This document shows, in pieces, positions 9,086 through 17,444 of a DNA stretch of 64,000 bases (positions are counted from its first letter, which is position 1; each line of letters starts with the position of its first letter). The translations under genes were made by a program, and so were the position numbers. Source of the DNA: Candidatus Latescibacterota bacterium (GTDB lineage: Bacteria; Latescibacterota; UBA2968; UBA8231); contig CBDFJF010000002.1 of assembly GCA_965248265.1 (NCBI GenBank), positions 2,176,001 to 2,240,000 of the forward strand, given 5' to 3'. Under the pieces are notes generated by a model that saw nothing but the letters and a program-made list of their open reading frames with translations, searched no databases and had not been told where the DNA came from.

Positions 9086-10000
9086 CTACTTCCTGAAGGA
9101 CGCCTTGATGTTCGCCCAGCTGTCCTCTTCGACGGCCGTCGGGTCGATGATGTCCGTGTCTATTGGCAGCAGGAGATAGTCAGACAGGAAGTCGGCATTG
9201 CAGCAGGCCTGGCCGGGGACGCCCAGATTCCAGCGCGCATTATTTCTGTCCTCGCCTTCATCGGTGCCGTCAGTGTCGTCCACGCTCACGTTCAGGCCGA
9301 TGATCTCGCCTTCCATCATCGGGTGCTCGACGCCGGCGTTGGGATCATCATGGTTGTAGTCGTCAAACACCGTGAACATGAACTCGCCACGGTAATTAAA
9401 CTCCTCACTGTTTCCCGGCGTACCCTCGTATTCGTAGACCCCGTCCCCCCACGGCAAGTCATCGTGCCAGTCCGACGCGGACATCCAGGCCCAGAGCCAC
9501 GTTTCCTTTCTCAAGCCGTCGTCGAAATAGACCTGGTAGATCTGGGCGTGGCGGTTCCGGTTCCGTAGGTTTTCCTCATCCGTGCCACCTTCGATGTTCC
9601 AGAAGGTGCCGCCCGAATGGTCGGCGTCGATGGCAGGCGAGATATTGTCCCATTGCGTCCAGTCGTTGTCGAACCGCTCGTAGGCCCAGTGGAGCTTGCT
9701 CGAGCCCTGCACGAAGCTCGGTATGAAGCGGAACGAAAGGTCGGATGCGTCGAGGTCTGCCGCCTTCGTTTCATTTCCGTCGAACATGAACGAAGAGTTC
9801 ACATTGTAGTTCTCGTGCGTAAACCAGAATTCCTCCGGGACCCTGTCCCAGTCGGACAGGTCTGCATCACGCACCGGCACTTGGTTCGCCGGCCACTGCC
9901 AGATTATGCCCCGATAACCTTCCGGAGCATGCCCAACCACAGGGGCGCTGAGGGCGCAGATCAGAGCACAGACACCCAGGCCTGCTACGATCTTCTTCAT
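9086..10000 (-). CDS. Secreted acidic protein, possible CBM9/DOMON-like fold, with C-terminal PTAVExxSWxxIK tail
   Basis: MKK signal peptide; RBS AAGGAGG; PVRDADLSDW and IIGLNVSVDDTD resemble CBM9-like domains; tail PTAVEEDSWANIKASFRK. Confidence 0.8.
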   Translation of the reverse strand: MKKIVAGLGVCALICALSAPVVGHAPEGYRGIIWQWPANQVPVRDADLSDWDRVPEEFWFTHENYNVNSSFMFDGNETKAADLDASDLSFRFIPSFVQGSSKLHWAYERFDNDWTQWDNISPAIDADHSGGTFWNIEGGTDEENLRNRNRHAQIYQVYFDDGLRKETWLWAWMSASDWHDDLPWGDGVYEYEGTPGNSEEFNYRGEFMFTVFDDYNHDDPNAGVEHPMMEGEIIGLNVSVDDTDGTDEGEDRNNARWNLGVPGQACCNADFLSDYLLLPIDTDIIDPTAVEEDSWANIKASFRK

Positions 10001-10102
10001 GAGAAGCCTCCTTGTAGGGAAGGAACGAAGCTCGGCACGTCTTTCAAAAGTGCACCGAGTCTTGAATAAAGAGCAATGTAGATTGCTGCACCGCTAGTCA
10101 TT

Positions 10103-10182
10103 AGTGTGGCCAAGTGTGGCTAAACATTGGTTGAAACAATGTAATAAATAGTTTGGTTGAAACAATATAATAAGATAGTTTG
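10103..10182. promoter_or_regulatory. AT-rich divergent promoter region with tandem direct repeats
   Basis: TTGGTTGAAACAAT(G/A)TAATAA at 10127 and 10153 (26-bp period) plus AGTGTGGC twice; lies between divergent genes. Confidence 0.6.
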
Positions 10183-10289
10183 TAACTACCTACCGAAAAG
10201 TTGTGCGTGAAAAATCGCGGCCTGCTCAACTGGGCCAAATAACCCAAATTGCACGAACCAAACCGAGGAGAGCCTGTAAGAGGTCCCCC

Positions 10290-12905
10290 ATGAGGTGGTT
10301 CGGATACAACATGCTGGTCGTTTCGACTCTCCTGTGCGCCGTTTCCGGCGCCCAGGCCCAGAAGGGTCACAGGATCAGAGCGAACGACGTCGTGATCGAG
10401 GGAAGACGTCACTTCGAGAACTGGGTGTCGGCCGCCGCCACCGTCGAGGTCGGCGTGGATGGCGTCCGTCCGCGGCACCTGCGAAGGCACACGAACGCCG
10501 TCCTCGAAATCGTGGAGGCCTTGCGCCAGCGGCCACCGAAGCACCTGAGGAACACGCCGCCGGAGCAGATCGAGCTGATCGACGCGGTGCAGGCCGGCTC
10601 GAACCGGGAGGATGTGGTCAACGTCTTCGACGGTGACATGAAAACCTACTGGGAGCCCGAGCCCCCGTCGTCAGACGAGGTCAATCTGGCCAGCGAGTGG
10701 TGGTTCACGGTGGATCTGGGACGGGTCGTGTTCGCCAACCGGATCGTCCTGCGCTTCGTCCATCCCAGGCAGGGAGATCCCTTTCTCCTGTTCGACGTGC
10801 TCACCTCGGATGGCCAGAAGCCGCCCTCCGCGATCGCCGGCGAGAACATCGAGTTCCTGCCGGTGATCGAGACAATCGAGCCGAACAGGACCCGGCGGCG
10901 CTTCGAAGTGGATCTGTCCTACGCCGGCGAGGACGCGCGAGAGACCGTCATCAGGTTCGTCCAGGTCGTCGTCCGGGGCAGCAATCTGGACCGCGGTACT
11001 GAGGTGGGCGAACAGGAGTACGGTCTGCTGGATGCCGGGGAACAGGGAGTGGTGGAGTATACCAAGCGCCTCAGCGACGCGAGGGAGTCGGCAGTGCCCG
11101 AGCAGGTCTACTGGGAGCTGGAGCCCGAGCGACGGGGCAGCATCCGCTACTTCCGCCGCGAACGCCCCCGGCTTGCAGAGCTCGAAGTGTGGGGAGATGG
11201 CGACGAGATCCTGGGCGGCACGCTGTTCCGCGGTGGGGCGATCGAGGGAGAGAAATTGGAAAATGTCGGCACCCTCCTCGACGACGATATGCTCACGAGC
11301 CTCTTCGTGGATACCGATGGTCCCGTCGGGAGTCAGGATGAGGTCGTGGTCGATCTGGGTTCATCCTACTGGATCGACAGTCAGCGAATGGTCGTGTCTT
11401 TTCGGCCGAACGAGCATGCTTCCAGTTTCTTCAAGTACGAGCTGGATTTCTCAGACGGTCGCCGGCATGCAGACGGCAGCCCCGTGTGGACAGTGGTGAA
11501 GCGCATCGAGCGGGAGCATATCGGCCATTTCTTAGGCCGCGTCCCGGCGAGCAGCATGATCGTCGATCGGCACGATTTCGATCCCGTCAAAGCCCGTTTC
11601 TTCCGGCTCCTGTGGGACGTCGAGCCGCGTAAGATTGGGAACCACGTCTATCTGGCGGAGATGCAGCTGTTCGGCTCTGGCTACCAACCCGAAGTCAGGC
11701 TGGAGTCTGACAACATCGAGATGCCGGGCAGTCAGAATCTCACCGAGATATCGTGGGAAGCCGACACGCCTCCCGGTACGCAGGTGGTGCTGCAGACGAA
11801 GACGGGAAACACCGTCCTCTCTGATACGCTCTATTACACCGATGACGGTGAGCTGCTGGGCAGAGGGGAGGCTGGGTCGAAGAAGTACTACAGCCGGGCT
11901 TGGAGGAGCAGCCAGGGCGAGAAGAAGCTCCTTCTCGAGGATGGACCGGATTGGTCGCCTCTGAGCGAGCGCTACGAGGATTCCTCCGGGAGCAAGATCA
12001 CCTCGCCGGCGCCTCGCAGAATGGTCAAGGTCCGTGCGACGCTGCTCTCCGACGACCCTCAAACCGCCGCCACGCTGCGCTCGATCCGGTTGAGGTTTGC
12101 CGATCCCATAGCGCGTCGGCTGCTGGGCGAAGTCATGCCGGCCAGAGTCGAGGCCCTGGGAGTCGAGCGCTCCTTTTCGCTGTATGTGAAGGTGGACACA
12201 CTGGAGCAGCGGTTCGACGAGCTCCTGGTGCGGGCTCCCGCGGGCATGGTGCTGGGAGAGGGAGATGATGTCGAGGAGCAGGTACACTTGTTTTCCGGTC
12301 TGGCCGCGGCAGACGAGCTGCAGCAAGCCGGCGATCTGCAGGTCCTGGGCTATGGCGACAGTCTCCACGTAAAATTTCCCCTCCTAGAATCCAGCGTAGA
12401 GGTCTTGCGGCTGGATTTTCCGGCGACGCTGTATTCCAGCGGCGGCCGTCTGGAGGCTTCCCTGCGGAACTCGGACTCGGAATTCTGGCAGCAAGTCGAT
12501 GTGGGCGATGCCACCAGCGAGATCGCCAGCAACACGCTGATAGTGGTCGCTCAGCCCGAGAGCAAGCAACTGTTCCGGGAACTGAATATCTCGCCGCGGG
12601 TCGCCTCTCCCAACGGCGATGGCATCAACGACGAGATCGTCGCCGAGTTTACCGTCGTCCTCTTAGGAGTGAGCGAGGCCGTTGAGATGGAGATCTACGA
12701 TCTGAGCGGTCGTCTCGTTCGTCGCTTGACAGCGCAGCGCGAGGCAAGCGCTGGCCGCTATCGGATCGACTGGGATGGCCTCGACGAGTCGGGCAAGCTG
12801 GCCCCGCCGGGGTTGTACGCGCTGCGGCTGAGCCTCGACGCCGACACCGAGGGCGCCGGGATCGATGAAAAGCACGCGGTGCGTACGATCGCACTGGCGT
12901 ATTGA
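10290..12905 (+). CDS. Secreted protein with discoidin-like domains and C-terminal FlgD Ig-like domain
   Basis: Likely ATG at 10290 (AAGAGG upstream, signal peptide follows); FTVDLG, LAELEVWG, LAEMQLFG; SPNGDGIND...YDLSGRLVR...WDGLD...PGLY...ALAY. Paralog of 6983-9013. Confidence 0.88.
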   Translation: MRWFGYNMLVVSTLLCAVSGAQAQKGHRIRANDVVIEGRRHFENWVSAAATVEVGVDGVRPRHLRRHTNAVLEIVEALRQRPPKHLRNTPPEQIELIDAVQAGSNREDVVNVFDGDMKTYWEPEPPSSDEVNLASEWWFTVDLGRVVFANRIVLRFVHPRQGDPFLLFDVLTSDGQKPPSAIAGENIEFLPVIETIEPNRTRRRFEVDLSYAGEDARETVIRFVQVVVRGSNLDRGTEVGEQEYGLLDAGEQGVVEYTKRLSDARESAVPEQVYWELEPERRGSIRYFRRERPRLAELEVWGDGDEILGGTLFRGGAIEGEKLENVGTLLDDDMLTSLFVDTDGPVGSQDEVVVDLGSSYWIDSQRMVVSFRPNEHASSFFKYELDFSDGRRHADGSPVWTVVKRIEREHIGHFLGRVPASSMIVDRHDFDPVKARFFRLLWDVEPRKIGNHVYLAEMQLFGSGYQPEVRLESDNIEMPGSQNLTEISWEADTPPGTQVVLQTKTGNTVLSDTLYYTDDGELLGRGEAGSKKYYSRAWRSSQGEKKLLLEDGPDWSPLSERYEDSSGSKITSPAPRRMVKVRATLLSDDPQTAATLRSIRLRFADPIARRLLGEVMPARVEALGVERSFSLYVKVDTLEQRFDELLVRAPAGMVLGEGDDVEEQVHLFSGLAAADELQQAGDLQVLGYGDSLHVKFPLLESSVEVLRLDFPATLYSSGGRLEASLRNSDSEFWQQVDVGDATSEIASNTLIVVAQPESKQLFRELNISPRVASPNGDGINDEIVAEFTVVLLGVSEAVEMEIYDLSGRLVRRLTAQREASAGRYRIDWDGLDESGKLAPPGLYALRLSLDADTEGAGIDEKHAVRTIALAY

Positions 12906-12970
12906 GCGACCTCCAGGCAGAATCTTCAGGCCGGGGATCACCGTCCCGGGTCGGAACAGTCCATCGAGCC

Positions 12971-14188
12971 CTACTCCAGGCCGATGGAGCCGTCGGGTTT
13001 GATGATGACGGGTCGGTCAAAGTCCTTTGGTGGATATGTGGCAGCAGCTTCTTCGTTCAGGTCGATGCCCAATCCCGGGCCCTCGGGCAACTCCATGTAG
13101 CCGTTGGCGATCTTCGGGAGAGGGGAGAAGAGCTCCTGGTTGAACGAAGAGGTGACGTCGTCGTTCACCTCCTGGATGAGGAAGTTGGGAACGGAGGCAT
13201 CGATCTGAGCACACGCGCAGAGCCCGACGGGGCTGCAGGCGTGGTGCGGGGCCAGTGAGATGTTCGAGAGTTCGGCAAACGCGGCCCGCTTCACGGTCTC
13301 CAGGATGCCGCCACAGGCGGTCGGTTCGAGCTGGATGATGTCGACGGCCCGCTTTTCGATGACGTCCTTGAACAGGTCGCGATGAACGACGCGTTCGCCA
13401 CCGGCGATCGGGATGCTCGTCTGACCTTTGACCTCGACGAGTTGATCGGGATTTTCGGTCAGGGCAGGCTCTTCGAGGAAGTAGGGATGGAAAGGTTCGA
13501 TGCCTTTCGCGAGTCGAATCGCATCGGCCGGGCTGAAGCTGCGCCCGTGGAAGTCGAGACAGATGTTGATGTCGGGTCCGACTGCCTCGCGAACCAGCCG
13601 CACGCGTTCGATGGATTCCTCGTATTCGCGGATGGGCGATTTTTCGACTTCCGTCCGCGTGACCCGCGGTTGATCCGAGAGGAGGTCGATGGCCTGCGGC
13701 CCGAACTTGAGTCCTGTCCATCCCTTCTCGACCAAAAGCTTCGCCTGCTCGTGGATCGGCTTTCCCTGCATCTGGGGCCAACGGGACCAGACGTTGCCGC
13801 TGGCGTAGACTCTGATCCGGTCTCTGACCGGACCGCCGAGCATCTTGTAGATGGGGAGCCCGCACGCTTTCCCCGTGATGTCCCAGAGTGCCTGCTCGAT
13901 GGCGCTGAGGGCCGACAACTCTCCCGTCCCGAGGGGATACCGCATCCCCCGGTAGATGGCGTTCCAGTTGTGGACAACACGCGTAGGATCCTGGCCGATG
14001 AGCCAGCGACGGAACTTCCGAACACAGCCCTCGATGATGTCCTCCAGGCTGTGGAAGGCCTCGCCGATTCCGTGGATGCCGTCGTCCGTTTCGATTTTGA
14101 CGATGGCGTGGTTACCGGCGTTCCCCGGGCCGAAGTTGACCGTATGGGGCTGGTTGATGAGGAAGAGCCTGACGTCAGTTATCTTCAT
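12971..14188 (-). CDS. Mandelate racemase/muconate lactonizing enzyme family, galactonate dehydratase-like
   Basis: MKITDV start; ETDDGIHGIGE, SAIEQALWDITGK, LDFHGR, FLEEP, IAGGER, PNFLIQE, PEGPGLG. Confidence 0.92.
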   Translation of the reverse strand: MKITDVRLFLINQPHTVNFGPGNAGNHAIVKIETDDGIHGIGEAFHSLEDIIEGCVRKFRRWLIGQDPTRVVHNWNAIYRGMRYPLGTGELSALSAIEQALWDITGKACGLPIYKMLGGPVRDRIRVYASGNVWSRWPQMQGKPIHEQAKLLVEKGWTGLKFGPQAIDLLSDQPRVTRTEVEKSPIREYEESIERVRLVREAVGPDINICLDFHGRSFSPADAIRLAKGIEPFHPYFLEEPALTENPDQLVEVKGQTSIPIAGGERVVHRDLFKDVIEKRAVDIIQLEPTACGGILETVKRAAFAELSNISLAPHHACSPVGLCACAQIDASVPNFLIQEVNDDVTSSFNQELFSPLPKIANGYMELPEGPGLGIDLNEEAAATYPPKDFDRPVIIKPDGSIGLE

Positions 14189-14258
14189 GGGAGCTTGTAT
14201 TATCTGGCCTCTCGCGAAGGAGGACAAGGGCGGCTTTCCGGTATAGTGCCGCGCGGCA

Positions 14259-15221
14259 CTAGTCAGCACTCTGCTCGATGCGCAGCAGCGCCTGGTGGAT
14301 GCGGTCGGCCTCGACGCGGATCTCGACGCCGGCGCGCTCCTCCTGCAGAAGCATGGCCGCGCGCGAATCGCGATCGCCCCAGCCGCGTTCGAGCGCTTGC
14401 GTGAGCTCGTCGAGGGCGAGATCCGCCATCGGGGTCGGTACCTCTAGCTCGCGCGCCAGTTCGATGGCCAGTGTCACATCCTTGTGCGCCAGGCGCAGAG
14501 CGAATCTCGGTGGCTCGAAAATGCCGGGTAGGAACTGGTTCACGAGCAGATCGAAGGTCCGCGCGCGTCCGGCCACCCCCTCCCGTATCGCCTCCCACAG
14601 CTCCAGCGGTTCGACGCCGGCTTTGACGCCGAGCGTGAACACCTCTGACAGGACCCGGTTGAGGGCGTAGTGCGAACAGTTGTGCACCAGCTTGGCGACC
14701 GTGGCGGCGCCGATCGGCCCGACAAACCGAGGCCTGTCGCCGATCACTTCGAGAAGCGGCCTGTAGTGGCTGAAAACGGACTCCTCACCGCTCACCCAGA
14801 TGGCGAGCGTGCCCGCAGCGGCACCGTGCGGCCCGCCACTCACCGGCGCATCCAGCAAGTGGACGCCTCGTCGGGCGAAGACCCCGTGGATGCGGCGCAC
14901 GACGGTAGGCGAATTCGTCGATAGATCGAACAGCACGCCACCCGCTTTCATCCCCGCAGTCATTTCATTGACAAGACCGTTCTCGCCCAGGGCGACGGCT
15001 TCCACTTCAGCTGGTCCTGGCAGTGAAGTGAACACGACCTGAGCAGCCCTGGCTACCCCGGCCGGTGACTCACCCCAGACGGCGCCCGCCTCCAAATGAG
15101 GATCGGCTGCAGCCCGGGACACATCGTGCACGACGAGGTGGTACCCCGCTCTCTGGAGATTGGCGGCCATCTGCCCGCCCATCGTCCCGAGGCCGATGAA
15201 TCCGACTCGCTCCTCCGCCAC
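14259..15221 (-). CDS. NAD(P)-dependent oxidoreductase, 3-hydroxyisobutyrate dehydrogenase family
   Basis: GFIGLGTMG, DAPVSGG, KLVHN, LAHKDV; GTG start at 15221 just after the upstream stop. Confidence 0.92.
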   Translation of the reverse strand: MAEERVGFIGLGTMGGQMAANLQRAGYHLVVHDVSRAAADPHLEAGAVWGESPAGVARAAQVVFTSLPGPAEVEAVALGENGLVNEMTAGMKAGGVLFDLSTNSPTVVRRIHGVFARRGVHLLDAPVSGGPHGAAAGTLAIWVSGEESVFSHYRPLLEVIGDRPRFVGPIGAATVAKLVHNCSHYALNRVLSEVFTLGVKAGVEPLELWEAIREGVAGRARTFDLLVNQFLPGIFEPPRFALRLAHKDVTLAIELARELEVPTPMADLALDELTQALERGWGDRDSRAAMLLQEERAGVEIRVEADRIHQALLRIEQSAD

Positions 15222-15222
15222 G

Positions 15223-15546
15223 TCAGGCCTGCTCGGCGAAGACGTCGACGGCGACACCGGCGGCGGACATCCCCGAGGGCCAGCCCGAATAGAACGCGAG
15301 GTGGGTCATCAATTCGCTCAGCTCGTCCTTCGTGACGCCATTCTCGAGCGCCCGGCCCAGATGTACCCGCAGCTGCTCGGGCCGGTCGAGGGCGACGAGG
15401 GCGGCCACCGTGATCAGACTCCGGTCGCGCTTGGAAAGCTCCGGGCGTTCCCAGACGTCGCCGAAAAGCACATCTTCCGTGAGCTCGATGAGCTTCGGCA
15501 CCACCGGACGAAGGCGCTCGCGACCTGCTGTCGATGTCTTGGCCAT
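15223..15546 (-). CDS. Carboxymuconolactone decarboxylase (CMD) family protein
   Basis: LFGDVWERPELSKRDRSLITVAAL...HLAFYSGWP; GGGAGAG RBS. It is the real 3' part of the 381-aa ORF. Confidence 0.9.
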   Translation of the reverse strand: MAKTSTAGRERLRPVVPKLIELTEDVLFGDVWERPELSKRDRSLITVAALVALDRPEQLRVHLGRALENGVTKDELSELMTHLAFYSGWPSGMSAAGVAVDVFAEQA

Positions 15547-15753
15547 CAGTCTCTCCCGTTTCCAGTTTCGTGAATGATCGTGCGCTGGTTTGCAGCACGA
15601 AAGGAGGCCGCTGGCGCGGCTCCTGTCAACGACGAAGAGCTCGACGATCAGGCTCTGCCCGGTGGCTCCAGCCCCTTGACAAACTACCGGTAAAAAAGTC
15701 CCTTTTCGTCTCTGTCCGTTATCCTTCCTAACCAAACGGAGCGAAACTGTGCA

Positions 15754-16260
15754 ATGAGCTTCCGATCGATTGACCATTTCGGTATCTCGGTGGAGAGCCT
15801 CGACCGCTCGATCCCCTGGTGGACGCGATTTCTCCAGAGCGAGCCGTTCCAGCGCGGCACATGGACGGCGTCCGAGCTGGACGATTACGTCGGCCGGGTA
15901 CTGGCGTATCCCGAATGCGACATGTCGGCCGCGTTTTGGGCCTTGCCGGGGGGATCCGTCCTGGAGCTCATCGAGTACCACAACCCGCCCCCAGGACGCG
16001 TCGACATGGAGACGAACAACGTCGGCAACAGTCACCTGTGCCTGGAGACGGAGGACATGCGAGCTGAATACGAGCGCCTGCGCGATTTCGTGGAATTCCG
16101 CAGCCCGGAGCCAGTCGAAAGTGTGTGGGGGCCTTACAAGGGCACCCTTGTGTGCTACCTGCGAGATCCGGACGGCATCTCGATCGAGCTGGTACAGTTT
16201 CCGAAGATCGGACGGCCCTTCCAGGAATCCAGTCCGTTTTCGAGTCCTTATGTGAGGTAA
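15754..16260 (+). CDS. VOC/glyoxalase family protein
   Basis: IDHFGISV, LELIEY, HLCL, YLRDPDGISIELVQ. Confidence 0.9.
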   Translation: MSFRSIDHFGISVESLDRSIPWWTRFLQSEPFQRGTWTASELDDYVGRVLAYPECDMSAAFWALPGGSVLELIEYHNPPPGRVDMETNNVGNSHLCLETEDMRAEYERLRDFVEFRSPEPVESVWGPYKGTLVCYLRDPDGISIELVQFPKIGRPFQESSPFSSPYVR

Positions 16261-16295
16261 GGGAAACCGGCGTGGCTTCTTGGGATCTGGAGGCG

Positions 16296-17369
16296 TCAAG
16301 GCAGTCGAGGCAGCACTTCCTCTTTCAGCAATTTCATCGAATGGAGTGACGGTTCCCTTGGCTCCCACTCGTGCCCCATCGCCAGCAGGACCCCGAAACC
16401 ACCGACCTCTTCGTAGATGTCCTGTATCTTCTGGACGACGTCGTCGGGGCTGCCGACAATCCAGACGTTTTCTAGCAGGTACTCCAATGTGACATCGGAA
16501 TCCGGCATGTCTGGATCGGTCTTCATCAGGTCGAGCATCTTGACCTTGGGCAACAGATGTAGGAAGTAGTCGCGGTAGTCTCGGGCAAGCGTGCCACTCA
16601 GCGCCAGTTGCCGCGCTTCTTCAGTCGTGTCTGCGACCACCACCTCGCGGGCGATGCGCCATTGGGACCTGTCGGCGGCGATACCGGCCTCCTCAGCCCC
16701 CTCTTCAACCGCTGCCCAGTGCGTTTCGAGCACCCGCGTCGGCACGATGTTGATGCTCATCGGAATCCAGCCGCGCGCACCGGCCGTCACCAGCGTTCCC
16801 GACTTTACGGTCACGCCCGCTACGCCAATCGGCGGATGCGGCTTCTGGTACGGTTCCAGATGGAAACGCAGCCCGATTTCGTCGTCTTCCTCGGGGACCC
16901 AGAACTTCCAGAACTTGTGCTCGTACAGACCCGGACTCGGATCGCGCCACAGTTTGAGCACCAGTTCGATGGCGTCAGCTGTCATCCCTCGCTGTTCACC
17001 CGTCTTCGGGTCGAACCCGAAGACCTCGAAGTCCCCGGGGAAACCGCCCGAGCCGACGCCCCAGTAGAAGCGCCCGTGGCACATGTGGTCCAATTGTGCA
17101 ATCCGACTGGCAATGACAAACGGATTGTGATTCGGCATGCAGGTGACGCCGGTGCCGAGCACGATGTCGCTTGTCTGGTTGATCGCGCTGGCGATCAGCA
17201 GGTCCGGGGCGGGGATATTCTCCCAAGCAGCGGTAAAGTGCTCTCCGATCCAGGCCTCTTTGAATCCGAGATCATCGAGTATGATGATCTGCTCGAGATC
17301 GTCGTCCAGCCCCTTTGTGTAGTCCGCTCCGGGAGGATGGAGCGGCATGGTAAAGAATCCGAGTTCCAT
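16296..17369 (-). CDS. LLM-class (luciferase-like) flavin-dependent oxidoreductase
   Basis: EAWIGEH, LGTGV, PYQKPHPPI, IVGSPDDV. Confidence 0.92.
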   Translation of the reverse strand: MELGFFTMPLHPPGADYTKGLDDDLEQIIILDDLGFKEAWIGEHFTAAWENIPAPDLLIASAINQTSDIVLGTGVTCMPNHNPFVIASRIAQLDHMCHGRFYWGVGSGGFPGDFEVFGFDPKTGEQRGMTADAIELVLKLWRDPSPGLYEHKFWKFWVPEEDDEIGLRFHLEPYQKPHPPIGVAGVTVKSGTLVTAGARGWIPMSINIVPTRVLETHWAAVEEGAEEAGIAADRSQWRIAREVVVADTTEEARQLALSGTLARDYRDYFLHLLPKVKMLDLMKTDPDMPDSDVTLEYLLENVWIVGSPDDVVQKIQDIYEEVGGFGVLLAMGHEWEPREPSLHSMKLLKEEVLPRLP

Positions 17370-17444
17370 GAGTTTACTCCTCGCGCGTACGCACCAAGCT
17401 AGTACCTACATTGGACCGCCACAAGCTGCAAAGCCGCAGTGCGG

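Noticed and set aside
10203-10289. Upstream in-frame extension of the 900-aa ORF (similar extensions at 14269, 16368, 45494, 48617, 51818)
   Set aside because: RBS, signal peptide or family N-termini point to downstream starts.
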